64,000 bases of DNA from an uncultured Gemmatimonadales bacterium (GCA_963748815.1 CAVVKJ010000011.1:1-64000), one strand, 5' to 3'; positions 19,581 to 29,608 are shown, counted from the first letter of the stretch. The notes: generated by a model not told the origin, from the sequence alone. Numbers and translations: made by a program.

Positions 19581-20396
19581 ATGGCCAGCGCCATCAGGAC
19601 TTCCGGCACGGTGCCCTTCGCCGGCCTGCTCGGACTCGGGTTCGTCACCGACTTCCTCGACACGCTCGGCGTCGGCTCGTTCGCCACCACGACGACCGCG
19701 CTCAAGCTCGGCAAGCTGGTCAGGGACGAGGACATCCCGGGCACGCTCAACGTCGGGCACTCGCTGCCGACCATCCTCGAGGCGGTGCTCTATATCACCG
19801 TCATCCAGGTGGAACTGGTGACGCTGGTCGCCATGATCGGCGCCAGCGCCCTCGGCGCCTGGTTCGGCGCCGGCCTGGTGGCCCGCTGGCCGCGACGCAC
19901 CATCCAGCTCGCGCTGTCCGTCGGCCTCCTGGCGACCGCCACCTTCATCTTCCTCCGGGAAGTCCACGTCTTCCCGGCTGGCGGCGATGCGCTGGCGCTG
20001 ACCGGCGTCGCGCTGGTCGTCGGCGTGCTGGTCAACGCGCTCATCGGTTCGCTGACCAGCCTCGGGATCGGCAACTACGCCCCCTGCATGGCGCTCGTCA
20101 GCCTCCTGGGCATGAACCCGATTGCCGCCTTCCCGATCATGATGGGATCGGCGGCACTCACCCTGCCACTCGCCGCGACGCGCTTCATACCGGCGCGGCG
20201 CTTCGACCGGCGGGTGGCGCTCGGGCTGACGATCGGCGGGATCCCCGGCGTGCTCGTCGCCGCGTTCATCGTCGTCTCACTCCCCCTCGGCGCGGTGCGG
20301 TGGCTCGTCATCGGCGTCCTCCTGTACACGGCGGCCCTGATGTGGCGTTCCGCGCGCCAGGGCCTTCCATCCACCCCCTCCACCACGGCGGCATGA
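19581..20396 (+). CDS. TauE/SafE-like (sulfite exporter) permease
   Basis: [40 protein letters not shown] and [10 protein letters not shown]; multiple TM helices. Confidence 0.85.
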   Translation: MASAIRTSGTVPFAGLLGLGFVTDFLDTLGVGSFATTTTALKLGKLVRDEDIPGTLNVGHSLPTILEAVLYITVIQVELVTLVAMIGASALGAWFGAGLVARWPRRTIQLALSVGLLATATFIFLREVHVFPAGGDALALTGVALVVGVLVNALIGSLTSLGIGNYAPCMALVSLLGMNPIAAFPIMMGSAALTLPLAATRFIPARRFDRRVALGLTIGGIPGVLVAAFIVVSLPLGAVRWLVIGVLLYTAALMWRSARQGLPSTPSTTAA

Positions 20397-21502
20397 TGCG
20401 CATCGCGGCCATTCGCGCTTACCAGATCGATCTTCCGCTGCTCGAGGGGAGCTACAAGTGGTCGGGCGGAAATTCCGTGTCGGTCTTCGACTCCACCGTG
20501 GTCGAGGTGGTGACAGACACCGGCCTGTCGGGATGGGGCGAGGTCTGTCCGCTGGGCCCCGCGTACCTGCCCGCCTATGCGCGCGGCGCGCGCACCGGCA
20601 TCGCCGAACTGGCCCCGCACCTCATCGGCATGGACCCGCTGGCGCTCGGCGAGCTGAACCGCCGGATGGACGCCGCGATGCGCGGACACCCCTACGTCAA
20701 ATCACCCATCGACGTGGCCTGCTGGGATCTGCTGGGCCACGCGGCAGGCCTGTCGGTCGCGACCCTGATGGGTGGGCACGTGGGCGAGCGGTTCGCGCTC
20801 TACCGCGCCATCTCGCAGGAGTCGCCCGAGGCCATGGCCGGCCGCATCGCCCAGTACCGCGCTGAGGGGTATCGCAAGTTCCAGCTCAAGGTGGGCGGCG
20901 ACCCGGACACCGACATCGACCGAATCCGGGCCGCCGCCGCAACGCTGCAACGGGGCGATGTGCTGATTGCCGACGCGAATACCGGCTGGACCCAGCACGC
21001 GGCCGTCCGGGTGGCCGACGCCGTGCGCGATGTGGACGTGTACATCGAGCAGCCGTGCTACAGCTACGAGGAGTGCCTCGCCGTGCGCCGGCATACCAAC
21101 CGCCCCTTCGTGCTCGACGAGGTAATCGACAGCCTCGACGCCGTGGTGCGGGGCATCGCCGACCAGGCGATGGACGTCATCAACCTGAAGATTTCCAAGG
21201 TGGGGGGCCTGACCCGCGCCCGGCAGATTCGGGACCTCTGCGTGTCGCTCGGCATCGCGATGACCATCGAGGACACCTGGGGCGGCGACATCACCACCGC
21301 CGCCATCGCCCACCTGGCGCACAGCACGCCTGAGCGATTTCTCTTCTCGGCCACCGACTTCAATTCCTACGGTTCCGTCAGTTTTGCCGATGGCGCGCCG
21401 CAGCGGGTGGACGGCTTCCTTGCCGCCTCCCACGCACCGGGACTTGGTGTGCGGCCTCGACTCGACGTGCTCGGCAAGCCGGTCCTGGAGATTTCAGCCT
21501 AG
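20393..21502 (+). CDS. Enolase-superfamily (MR/MLE) enzyme, cis-3-hydroxy-L-proline dehydratase-like
   Basis: [29 protein letters not shown], KxK motif FQLKVG, metal ligands [17 protein letters not shown] and EDTWGGD. Confidence 0.85.
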   Translation: MMRIAAIRAYQIDLPLLEGSYKWSGGNSVSVFDSTVVEVVTDTGLSGWGEVCPLGPAYLPAYARGARTGIAELAPHLIGMDPLALGELNRRMDAAMRGHPYVKSPIDVACWDLLGHAAGLSVATLMGGHVGERFALYRAISQESPEAMAGRIAQYRAEGYRKFQLKVGGDPDTDIDRIRAAAATLQRGDVLIADANTGWTQHAAVRVADAVRDVDVYIEQPCYSYEECLAVRRHTNRPFVLDEVIDSLDAVVRGIADQAMDVINLKISKVGGLTRARQIRDLCVSLGIAMTIEDTWGGDITTAAIAHLAHSTPERFLFSATDFNSYGSVSFADGAPQRVDGFLAASHAPGLGVRPRLDVLGKPVLEISA

Positions 21503-21768
21503 TGGGCGCGCTCGTCGTGTGGGCCCTCGCCACCGGTGCCATCACCGGCGGCGTCTGGGTGGGCACCGTGCTGGTGAGCCACCTCCGGCGCCTGGCCAAG
21601 GAACAACTCTTCCTCTCGGCACAGCTGGAGGATCGCCTCGAGCAGCTCGACCGGATGGAGAAGCAGCTGGCCGACGTGGAGACACGGCTCGAGTTTGCCG
21701 AGCGGATGCTCTCTGCCGGCCCCTCGGCGGAGCGGCGCGCCCTCCCCGGCGACAGGGAGCCGCACTGA
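21502..21768 (+). CDS. Small TM + coiled-coil protein (RLEFAERML motif)
   Basis: N-terminal TM helix, then heptad helix LADVETRLEFAERML; paralogous to ORFs at 36403 and 38878. Confidence 0.75.
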   Translation: MGALVVWALATGAITGGVWVGTVLVSHLRRLAKEQLFLSAQLEDRLEQLDRMEKQLADVETRLEFAERMLSAGPSAERRALPGDREPH

Positions 21769-22304
21769 GCCGCCACGTCGCGCTGCTCCGCGCCATCAAC
21801 GTCGGCGGTCACGTGGTGAAGATGGATCGCCTCCGGAGCCTCTTCGAGTCGCTGGGCTTCACGAATGTCACGACGATCATCGCCAGCGGCAACGTCGTCT
21901 TCTCCTCGCCCTCCCCGAAGCAGGAGCCGCTCGAGCGCCGAATCGAGGCCCATCTGCACGATGCGCTGGGCTACGAGGTGAGCACCTTCCTCCGCTCCGC
22001 CGGAGAGCTCGCCGAGATCGTCCGCCACCGGCCCTTCCCGGCACTCGAACCGCTCCCCGCCGGTTGCGCCCTCTCGGTCCTCTTCCTGAAACGCCCGCTC
22101 GCGGCGCCGGCCTGCCAGGCCGTGCTGGGGCTCCAGACCGACACCGACGCATTCCACCTTCACGGGCGCGAGGCCTACTGGCTGCGCCATGGGCGGATCA
22201 GCGACTCGAAGGTGACGGGCAAGCTGCTGGAGCGGGCGGCCGGCGGGCCCCTCACCGCGCGGAACATCACCACCGTACGCAAACTCGCCGAGGCCATCGC
22301 ATGA
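21765..22304 (+). CDS. DUF1697 domain protein (probable CTG start)
   Basis: HVALLRAINVGG, ASGNVVF and TARNITTVRKL; AGGGAG RBS 5 nt before a CTG that overlaps the upstream TGA. Confidence 0.85.
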   Translation: MSRHVALLRAINVGGHVVKMDRLRSLFESLGFTNVTTIIASGNVVFSSPSPKQEPLERRIEAHLHDALGYEVSTFLRSAGELAEIVRHRPFPALEPLPAGCALSVLFLKRPLAAPACQAVLGLQTDTDAFHLHGREAYWLRHGRISDSKVTGKLLERAAGGPLTARNITTVRKLAEAIA

Positions 22305-22837
22305 GTGCCGCCGATCCGGACACGCCGTCCTACGTGCTGGAGACCGACCGCCTGACCCTGCGCCTCCTCGAGGAGAACGATGCCGAGTTCATCCTCGGCC
22401 TCCTCAACGAGCCGTCGTTTCACCAGTACATTGGCGACCGGGGTGTTCGCACGGAGGAGGATGCGCGCGCCTACATCCGGAACGGCGCCATGGCCAGCTA
22501 CGCGCAGCATGGGTTCGGGCTCTGGCTGGTCCTCCGAAAGGAGGACGACGCCCCGATCGGGATGTGCGGATTGCTGAAGCGGGACACGCTGCCCGACGTG
22601 GACGTCGGGTTTGCCTTCCGGCCGGCGTACTGGCGGCAAGGCTACGCCAGCGAATCGGCCGCAGCCGTCGTCCGGCACGGACAGTCGGCCTTCGGCCTGA
22701 CGCGCCTCGCGGCCATTGTCCAGGCCGACAATCGCAGCTCGATTCGAGTCCTCGACAAGCTCGGATTCCGGTTCGAACGGGTCCTCGAGTGGCCGGGGGA
22801 CGCCACGATCCATCTCCATGTCGTGGAGCTTGCCTGA
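22301..22837 (+). CDS. GNAT (RimJ/RimL-type) N-acetyltransferase
   Basis: LETDRLTLR, IGMCGLLKRDTLPDVDVGFAF, WRQGYASE and NRSSIRVLDKLGF. Confidence 0.9.
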   Translation: MSAADPDTPSYVLETDRLTLRLLEENDAEFILGLLNEPSFHQYIGDRGVRTEEDARAYIRNGAMASYAQHGFGLWLVLRKEDDAPIGMCGLLKRDTLPDVDVGFAFRPAYWRQGYASESAAAVVRHGQSAFGLTRLAAIVQADNRSSIRVLDKLGFRFERVLEWPGDATIHLHVVELA

Positions 22838-22845
22838 AGGCCGGA

Positions 22846-22870
22846 TGAACTTTTCCGAAAGGTGCCCGTC
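22846..22870 (+). promoter_or_regulatory. Candidate ECF-sigma promoter
   Basis: TGAAC-16nt-CGTC upstream of the ferritin-like gene. Confidence 0.5.
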
Positions 22871-22985
22871 GCACTAGCGGCCGTCCCCTCCCGTGCATTG
22901 ATTGGTAGCGTCGGCGGCCCATCCAGGGTCGCTGCGCCGCGAGCGAGATTGCCGCGATTCACGGAACACCGTCGTGGAGGACCCG

Positions 22986-23417
22986 ATGGCCAAGAAGTCC
23001 CAGACCCTGATCGACAACCTGAACGCCGACCTGGCCGGCGAACTCGGTGCCGTCATCCAATACCTGACCTATGCCGCCAAGGCGACCGGCCCCTACCGGC
23101 CGCAGCTCGTGCAGTTCTTCCTGGCCGAAGTGGCGGACGAGCAACTGCACGCCCAGTTCCTGGCCAACAAGATCGTGGCGCTTGGCGGCGAGCCGACGAC
23201 GGTCCCGCGACAGGTGCCCAAGGCGAACACCAACCGGAAGATGCTGCAGGAGGTCCTCAAGGCCGAGCGGCGTGCCACCGCGGACTACATCGCGAGAGCC
23301 AAGGAGGCTGACGCCCTGGGCGAGAAGGGACTCGCCGTCCAGCTGGAGGACATGGTGCGCGACGAGAGCGGGCACGCCGAGGAGACCGAGCGGATCCTGC
23401 GTGACTGGCCGCTGTAA
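22986..23417 (+). CDS. Ferritin-like (bacterioferritin/DPSL-type) di-iron protein
   Basis: ELGAVIQY, DEQLHA, AERRATADY and DESGH ferroxidase pattern; GGAGG RBS. Confidence 0.88.
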   Translation: MAKKSQTLIDNLNADLAGELGAVIQYLTYAAKATGPYRPQLVQFFLAEVADEQLHAQFLANKIVALGGEPTTVPRQVPKANTNRKMLQEVLKAERRATADYIARAKEADALGEKGLAVQLEDMVRDESGHAEETERILRDWPL

Positions 23418-23466
23418 GCCGGCGATTACGTTCCCCTCCAACCCTCTCGATTTCGTGGAGCGCCTC

Positions 23467-24495
23467 GTGCATCGACGACTGCCTCTGCTTGCCCTGCTCG
23501 GATTGCTGGCCGCATGTCCGGGCGAACCCCCGTCATCTGAGCCGCCGGCCCCGCCGGCCGCCGCACCGGCGCCCGCGACCCAATCGCCCGCCGAAATGTC
23601 GCACGGCGAGGCGCCGATCGGCCCCGCCATGTCGAAACCCGACCGGGCCGCGGACGCGCCCCTCCGCTCCACCAGCCGGCGCCACTCCATCCGGATGACC
23701 ACGGTCCACGTCCGACACGAGGTGGCCCCCGGCGTCGTGTACGACGCCTGGACGTTCGACTCCCTCGTCCCTGGCCCGACGGTCCGGGTTACCCTCGGGG
23801 ACACCGTGGACTTCACCCTGGTCAACGGCGCCCCAATGCCGCACTCGATGGACTTTCATGCGGCGGAAATCGCGCCGGACCGCGCCTATCGCAACGTGAT
23901 GCCGGGCGACAGCATTCACTTCCAATTCGTCGCGCAGGTACCGGGCGCCTTCCTGTACCACTGCGGGACGGCGCCGGTGGCCAGCCATATCGCCAACGGC
24001 ATGTACGGGGCGCTCATCGTCGACCCCGCCACACCCCGTCCCGCGGCGCAGGAGTTCGTCCTGGTGCAGAGCGAGTTCTACATGGGGGCGCCCCAGGGTC
24101 CTGACTCGATCTACGCCATGGCGTGGGACAAGGTCCTCAACGCCTCGCCCGATTACGTCGTTTTCAACGGCGTGGCCTCCCGGTACGCGACCAGCCCAAT
24201 CCCGGTGGCCGCCGGCAAGACCATCCGGATGTATGTGGTCAATGCGGGGCCGAATCGGATCAGCTCGTTTCACGTGGTGGGGGCCATCTTCAACCGTGTG
24301 TACCCGGATGGTTTTGGCCGACCGCTGGAAGGGGTCCAGACGTGGAACGTCCCGGTCGGTGGCGGGGCGGTCTTCGAGACGAAGCTCGCCGAGGACGGCC
24401 TCTACCCGATCGTCACCCACGCCTTTGCCGACGCAACCAAGGGCGCGGTCGGGGTCTTCAAGGCGGGCTCGCCAACCGGGACGGTGGCGCATTGA
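23467..24495 (+). CDS. nirK: Copper-containing nitrite reductase-like lipoprotein
   Basis: Lipobox LAAC; HSMDFH, YHC...SHIANGM, SSFHVVG and VTHAF supply the type 1 and type 2 Cu ligands and catalytic Asp/His. Confidence 0.82.
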   Translation: MHRRLPLLALLGLLAACPGEPPSSEPPAPPAAAPAPATQSPAEMSHGEAPIGPAMSKPDRAADAPLRSTSRRHSIRMTTVHVRHEVAPGVVYDAWTFDSLVPGPTVRVTLGDTVDFTLVNGAPMPHSMDFHAAEIAPDRAYRNVMPGDSIHFQFVAQVPGAFLYHCGTAPVASHIANGMYGALIVDPATPRPAAQEFVLVQSEFYMGAPQGPDSIYAMAWDKVLNASPDYVVFNGVASRYATSPIPVAAGKTIRMYVVNAGPNRISSFHVVGAIFNRVYPDGFGRPLEGVQTWNVPVGGGAVFETKLAEDGLYPIVTHAFADATKGAVGVFKAGSPTGTVAH

Positions 24496-24543
24496 TCCGG
24501 CGACGGCTCCGGGACGCCGCCCGTCCGCCGTGGGGGTGAGTCC

Positions 24544-25002
24544 CTGAAGATCTGGATCGACGCCGACGCCGCCCCGCGCGACGTCAAGGAGCTGGTCTTC
24601 CGGGCGGCCCGTCGGCTGCAGCTCGACACCGTCATGGTCGCCAACCAGCGACTGCAGACCCCCGCGGGCAATCCCCACGTGTCGGCGGTGTGGGTGGACG
24701 GCGGCCCCGATGTGGCCGACCAGCACATCGTCGAGCATGCCGAGCGCGGCGACCTGGTCGTCACGCAGGACATTCCCCTGGCGGCGCTGCTGGTGCCAAA
24801 CGGCATCGTGGTGCTCGACCCCCGCGGCGAGGAACACACGATGGAGACCATCGGCGAGCGGCTCTCCATCCGCGACTTCATGGAGCAGGCCCGCACCGCC
24901 GGCGTCGTGACCGGGGGCCCCCCACCATTCGACGCACGCGCCAAACAGGCGTTTGCCTCGGCGCTGGACCGGGCACTGACCCGGCTGGTTCCGCGCCCGT
25001 GA
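24544..25002 (+). CDS. YaiI/YqxD (UPF0178) family protein
   Basis: LKIWIDADAAP upstream of the ORF-track start; GDLVVTQDIPLA, LDPRGEE and GGPPPF. Start uncertain (CTG 24544, or GTG 24536 with an indel). Confidence 0.88.
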   Translation: MKIWIDADAAPRDVKELVFRAARRLQLDTVMVANQRLQTPAGNPHVSAVWVDGGPDVADQHIVEHAERGDLVVTQDIPLAALLVPNGIVVLDPRGEEHTMETIGERLSIRDFMEQARTAGVVTGGPPPFDARAKQAFASALDRALTRLVPRP

Positions 25003-25457
25003 GACTCGCCGTCGTACTCATCGCCTCGGCGCTGGCCGTCCTCGGCTGCCAACCCTCGCGCGGGGGGAGCGCCACGGCCGGAGCCATGGTCGTCAGCCAC
25101 GCGGTCGTTCCTGCCTCCCCCTCGCCGACCGACGCCTCCGCCTTCCTGGTCCTCGAGAATCGGGGAACCTCTCCCGACTCCCTGACCGGCGTCACCTCGC
25201 CGGACGCCGAGTCGGTGATGCTCCACCAGACGGTCGCCCAGGGAATGGAGATGGTGGACGGGGTGGCGATTCCGGCCGGCGGACGCGTCACGCTGGCGCC
25301 CGGCGGCTATCACCTCATGCTGCACGGACTCACACGACCAGCGGCGGCGGGTGATACGCTGGCCCTGCGCCTGCAGTTCGTCCACGCGGGGGAATTGCTG
25401 GTCCGTGCGCCCGTGCTCCGGTACACCGAGGCCGTCGAGGAAGTCCCGTCTCACTAA
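24999..25457 (+). CDS. Copper chaperone PCu(A)C lipoprotein
   Basis: Lipobox VLGC; LHQT..GMEM and LAPGGYHLML (H..M..HxM Cu site). Confidence 0.88.
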   Translation: MRLAVVLIASALAVLGCQPSRGGSATAGAMVVSHAVVPASPSPTDASAFLVLENRGTSPDSLTGVTSPDAESVMLHQTVAQGMEMVDGVAIPAGGRVTLAPGGYHLMLHGLTRPAAAGDTLALRLQFVHAGELLVRAPVLRYTEAVEEVPSH

Positions 25458-25476
25458 CATCCTGCCGGAGCGCCCC

Positions 25477-26460
25477 ATGACCGCCACGCCCCTGCCCTCG
25501 CTCCACCGCACCGTGCTGCTCGCCGCCGGTCTCGTGGTCATCGCCGCCGGCATGCACGCCGCGGCGACTACGGTCAACCTCATCCTGGTGTCCCTGCTGC
25601 TGGCCATCAGTGCCTCGCCGGTCACCGTGATGCTCCAGCGCCGTGGTGTGAAGCACGGGGCAGCCGTGCTGCTCACGATCGTCGGCACCGTGATCGGCGG
25701 GGTGCTCATCCTTGGGATGCTCGGCCAGGCACTGACGGGCATGCAGGACAAGCTCCCTGCGTACCAGGCCGCACTGGGCGGCCTGATCGACGGGGTGGAC
25801 GCCCAACTGGCGGCGCGTGGGATCAACCTTCATGAGGCGGTCAAACCGGACCCCGCACGGGTCATGAGAGTCGTGCAACGCGTGGTGGGGGGCGCGCTCA
25901 GCGCCCTCGGGTACGGGCTCTTCGCGCTGATCCTGATCGCACTGATCCTGATCGAATTGCCGGCCCGGCCGACCGGCTACCTGCCGACCGGCACCGCGCG
26001 GGACCGGTTCGACGCCGTCGGGGCCAGCGTGCGCCAGTTTGTCGGACTGACCGGCCTGATCGGCGCAGGGCAGGCGGTGGTGAACTTCGTGATCATGCTG
26101 GCGGTGGGGACTGACTTCGCGCTGGTGTGGGGGGTACTCTTCTTCCTGCTCAGCTTCGTGCCGTTCGGCTTCGCGATCGGGATGATCCCCCCGCTCATCG
26201 TGACCCTCCTCGAGCATGGGGTCAGCCGCGCCGTCATCCTGGCGGTGGTGCTCCTGGTGGCAAACGTCCTCTCGGACAACGTGATCAAGCCGAAGATGAT
26301 GGGGAAAGGACTGGGGCTCTCCCCCCTCGTCATCGTCCTGTCGCTGATGCTCTGGTCCTTCATTCTCGGCCCGGTCGGCGCCCTGCTGGCCGTGCCGCTC
26401 ACCATCGCCATCACCATGATCGTGCCCGGACTGGGCGGAGGCGCTACCGCGGCTGAATGA
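25477..26460 (+). CDS. AI-2E family transporter
   Basis: WGVLFFLLSFVP, DNVIKPKMMGKGLGLSPLVIVLSLMLW and GALLAVPLT. Confidence 0.88.
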   Translation: MTATPLPSLHRTVLLAAGLVVIAAGMHAAATTVNLILVSLLLAISASPVTVMLQRRGVKHGAAVLLTIVGTVIGGVLILGMLGQALTGMQDKLPAYQAALGGLIDGVDAQLAARGINLHEAVKPDPARVMRVVQRVVGGALSALGYGLFALILIALILIELPARPTGYLPTGTARDRFDAVGASVRQFVGLTGLIGAGQAVVNFVIMLAVGTDFALVWGVLFFLLSFVPFGFAIGMIPPLIVTLLEHGVSRAVILAVVLLVANVLSDNVIKPKMMGKGLGLSPLVIVLSLMLWSFILGPVGALLAVPLTIAITMIVPGLGGGATAAE

Positions 26461-27349
26461 AGGTCCCGTCTCGGAGCTCCTGGACTGCCTGCCGGAGCTC
26501 ATCCTGGGTGTTCATCACGATCGGACCGTACCACGCCACCGGCTCCTGGATCGGCCGGCCGGAGACCAGCAGGAAGCGAATCCCCTCCTCCCCGGCCTGG
26601 ACGGTCACGTCGTCGCCCCGGTCGAAGAGCACGAGCGACCGGTTGCCGGTGGTTTCCCTGACCACGGCGTCGCTGCCGTCCGTCGCCTCGGTCAGCACGC
26701 CGCGCGGCGCGGAGGCGGCGCGAAAGTCGCCGTTCCCCTCGAAGACGTAGGCGAATGCATTGCGCGCCGCCTCGGCCGGAAGGGTCTTCCGCCTGCCGGG
26801 CGGCACCCAGACGTCGAGATACCGGGGCCCCGCGGCGATCCCGTCCACCGGGCCGGTCTTCCCCCAGAACTCGCCGCAGATGACCCGGACCCTGGTGCCG
26901 TCGTCGTCCGTGACTTCGGGAATCTCCCCGGACACCACGTCCTGATAGCGGGGCGCGGTCATCTTGAGCTGCGACGGGAGGTTGGCCCAGAGCTGGAAGC
27001 CGTGCATCCGCCCCTGCGGGTCCCCCTGCGGCATTTCCTGGTGGAGGATCCCCCGCCCCGCGGTCATCCACTGCACGTCGCCGGCGCCGAGCGACCCCTG
27101 GTTGCCCAGGCTGTCGCCATGGCTGACCGTACCGGCGAGGACGTAGGTGATCGTCTCGATGCCCCGATGGGGGTGCCAGGGGAAGCCGGGGAGGTAGTCG
27201 GCGGGGCGCTCGTTGCGGAAGTCATCGAAGAGCAGGAAGGGATCGAAATCGTCGGTCTTCCCGAACCCGAAGGCGCGGTGGAGCTTGACTCCCGCTCCCT
27301 CCATGGTCGGCTGGGCCGGGATGATCTCTTTGACTGGGCGGATGGACAC
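26444..27349 (-). CDS. Pirin family protein
   Basis: DPFLLFD, GFPWHPHRGIETITY, QWMTAGRGILHQEMP and EPVAWYGPIVMNT. Confidence 0.93.
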   Translation of the reverse strand: MSIRPVKEIIPAQPTMEGAGVKLHRAFGFGKTDDFDPFLLFDDFRNERPADYLPGFPWHPHRGIETITYVLAGTVSHGDSLGNQGSLGAGDVQWMTAGRGILHQEMPQGDPQGRMHGFQLWANLPSQLKMTAPRYQDVVSGEIPEVTDDDGTRVRVICGEFWGKTGPVDGIAAGPRYLDVWVPPGRRKTLPAEAARNAFAYVFEGNGDFRAASAPRGVLTEATDGSDAVVRETTGNRSLVLFDRGDDVTVQAGEEGIRFLLVSGRPIQEPVAWYGPIVMNTQDELRQAVQELRDGTFIQPR

Positions 27350-27483
27350 GTGACGTGCTCCTGAAGGTGTTGGTTGCCTGCCTCTAGAATACACATCCGG
27401 CGCCCCGCCGGTTCCCGCCCCTAGCGCGGGGCGCCGCCGGCACGCAGACTTGAGCATCAATTCCCCACCCCGTGGAGGGTTTC

Positions 27484-28044
27484 ATGGTCGAACTTGCCAC
27501 GCTTTGGCTCCCCATCCTGCTGTCGGCGGTCGTCGTGTTCCTCGCCAGTTCCGTCATCCACATGATGACGCCATGGCACAAGGGAGAGTACCCCGCGGTC
27601 CCGAACGAGGACGCCGTGATGAAGGCGCTCCGTCCGTTCGCCATCCCGCCGGGGGACTACATGATGCCGTCGGCACCCAGCATGGAGGCGATGAAGTCGC
27701 CCGAGTTTCTCGAAAAGCGCAACCAGGGCCCTGTCCTGGTCATGACCGTCCTGCCGAACGGTCCCTGGACGATGGGCAAGGCGCTCACCAGCTGGTTCAT
27801 CTACTCCGCGGTCGTCAGCCTGTTCGCCGCGTACATCACCAGCCACGCCCTCGCCGCCGGGGCGTCGTACCTCGAGGTGTTCCGCTTCGTGGGCGCCACC
27901 GCGTTTGCCGGCTATTCCCTGGCCATCTGGCAGATGCGCATCTGGTACAACCGTGCCCTGCGTTCGACCATCACGTCGACCATCGACGGCCTGCTCTACG
28001 CCTGCCTGACCGCCGGGGTCTTCGGCTGGCTCTGGCCGCAATAG
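27484..28044 (+). CDS. Conserved hypothetical membrane protein
   Basis: [21 protein letters not shown]...[18 protein letters not shown]; four TM helices; GGAGG RBS. Confidence 0.8.
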   Translation: MVELATLWLPILLSAVVVFLASSVIHMMTPWHKGEYPAVPNEDAVMKALRPFAIPPGDYMMPSAPSMEAMKSPEFLEKRNQGPVLVMTVLPNGPWTMGKALTSWFIYSAVVSLFAAYITSHALAAGASYLEVFRFVGATAFAGYSLAIWQMRIWYNRALRSTITSTIDGLLYACLTAGVFGWLWPQ

Positions 28045-28050
28045 GCGCCG

Positions 28051-28167
28051 ATGGACCTCTCACACGCGTCGGTGGGTCAGCTGATGTTGCCCGTCACCGA
28101 CGTGGACCGCGCGGTGGCGTTCGACCGGGACGTGCTTGGCGTGCCCTTTCTCTTGAGGACGACTTGA
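28051..28167 (+). pseudogene. Truncated N-terminal fragment of a VOC/glyoxalase gene
   Basis: MDLSHASVGQLMLPVTDVDRAVAFDRDVLGVPFLL-RTT-stop matches the VOC N-terminal VxDxxRAxAFYxxVLG motif, then ends after 38 aa. Confidence 0.65.
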
Positions 28168-28670
28168 TGTTTCTCGAGTATTACCTGGGGGAGTTCGACC
28201 ACGAAGTGCAGACGACCCGGTCGCTGCTGGCGCGGGTGCCGGACGCCAGCGCGAGCTGGCGCCCGCATCCGAAGTCCACCCCGCTCGGCACCCTTGCCCA
28301 GCATATCACGAACCTGCTCGCCTTCGGGGCGCTGATCGCCGAGGCGACCGAACGGGACGTCGCGCCCGTCGGCGGTCCGCCCTACACGCCCGTTCCGTTC
28401 ACCACCACGGCGGCGATGCTCGATGCCTTCGACGCGAACGTCGCCGCCTCGCGCGTCGCCATCGCCGGCCTCACCGCGGCGGCGCTCCTCCAGCCGTGGT
28501 CGCTGAAGGCGGGCGGCCACACGTTCTTCTCGATGCCGCGCGCCGCCGTGCTCCGCACCTATCTGCTGAACCACGTCATCCACCACCGGGGACAGTTGAG
28601 CGTGTATCTCCGTCTGCTCGACGTTCCCCTCCCATCGATCTACGGGCCGACCGCGGACGAGGCACGATGA
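28167..28670 (+). CDS. DinB family protein
   Basis: WRPHPKSTPLGTLAQHI and NHVIHHRGQLSVYLRLLDVPLPSIYGPTADE. Confidence 0.92.
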   Translation: MFLEYYLGEFDHEVQTTRSLLARVPDASASWRPHPKSTPLGTLAQHITNLLAFGALIAEATERDVAPVGGPPYTPVPFTTTAAMLDAFDANVAASRVAIAGLTAAALLQPWSLKAGGHTFFSMPRAAVLRTYLLNHVIHHRGQLSVYLRLLDVPLPSIYGPTADEAR

Positions 28671-29566
28671 AACGGCTGCTCCTCCTCGCCTCGATCGGCA
28701 TCGCCACCCCGGCCCTCGGCCAGAGCCTCGACCCGCGCTCCTACGTCAATACGCCAGTGGGGATGCAGTTTGTCCTTGGCGCGTACGCCTATTCCGACGG
28801 CAACGTCCTCTTCGACGCCTCGCTCCCGCTGGAGGACGCCAGCCTCACCGTCCAGGGCGGCCTGATGGGATATGCCCAGGCGCTCGATCTCTGGGGACTC
28901 TCGGGCAAGGCGAGCTTCGGCGCCGGGTACCTGTGCGCCGACGGGCAGGCCATGCTCGACGGCTCCCCGCGGACCCGCAACGTCTGCGGGCTGTCCGACC
29001 CGCTCGCCCAGCTCTCCGTGAACCTGTTCGGTGCGCCGGCGCTCCGCCTCCCCGCGTTTGCCAAGTACCGGCAGAATGTCCTGGTCGGCACGAGCCTCAA
29101 GGTGACCGCGCCGCTCGGTCAGTACGACCCGACGAAACTGGTGAACCTCGGGACGAACCGCTGGTCCTTCAAGTCCGAGATTGGGGTGTCGAAGGTCGCT
29201 GGACGGGCGACGTTCGAGTTGCTCGTGTCGGGCACCTTCTATACCGCCAACACCGACTTCCTGAACGGGCTGGAGCAGTCGCAGGCCCCGCTCTGGTCGG
29301 GGCAGCTCAACCTGATCTACACCTTCAAGTCTGGGATCTGGGGCGCGCTCGGCGGGACCCTCTACGGCGGCGGAAGGCTGACGACCAACGGCGTCGAGAG
29401 CGACGCCTGGCAGCAGAATTCGCGGCTCGGCCTCACGCTGGTCTTCCCCATCAGCAAGCACAACTCACTCAAGGCCTACGTCAGCACCGGCGTGTCCACC
29501 CGCACCGGTTCGGACTTCGATGCCTTCGGCCTGGGGTGGCAGTATCGCTGGGGCGGAGGGATGTGA
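28667..29566 (+). CDS. Outer-membrane beta-barrel 'transporter' (MetA-pathway/phenol degradation-like)
   Basis: Signal peptide; LDPRSYVNTPVG, APLGQYDPTKLVNLGTNRWSFK and C-terminal WQYRW. Confidence 0.82.
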   Translation: MKRLLLLASIGIATPALGQSLDPRSYVNTPVGMQFVLGAYAYSDGNVLFDASLPLEDASLTVQGGLMGYAQALDLWGLSGKASFGAGYLCADGQAMLDGSPRTRNVCGLSDPLAQLSVNLFGAPALRLPAFAKYRQNVLVGTSLKVTAPLGQYDPTKLVNLGTNRWSFKSEIGVSKVAGRATFELLVSGTFYTANTDFLNGLEQSQAPLWSGQLNLIYTFKSGIWGALGGTLYGGGRLTTNGVESDAWQQNSRLGLTLVFPISKHNSLKAYVSTGVSTRTGSDFDAFGLGWQYRWGGGM

Positions 29567-29608
29567 TGGCCCGGGCGGATTCGCCCGGGCGACTTGAACT
29601 TCCCGGAG

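Noticed and set aside
18413..21502. 1029-aa ORF appearing to fuse NmrA to an enolase-superfamily enzyme
   Set aside because: Artefact of the +1 indel at ~19397. The middle section is the off-frame reading of the TauE permease.
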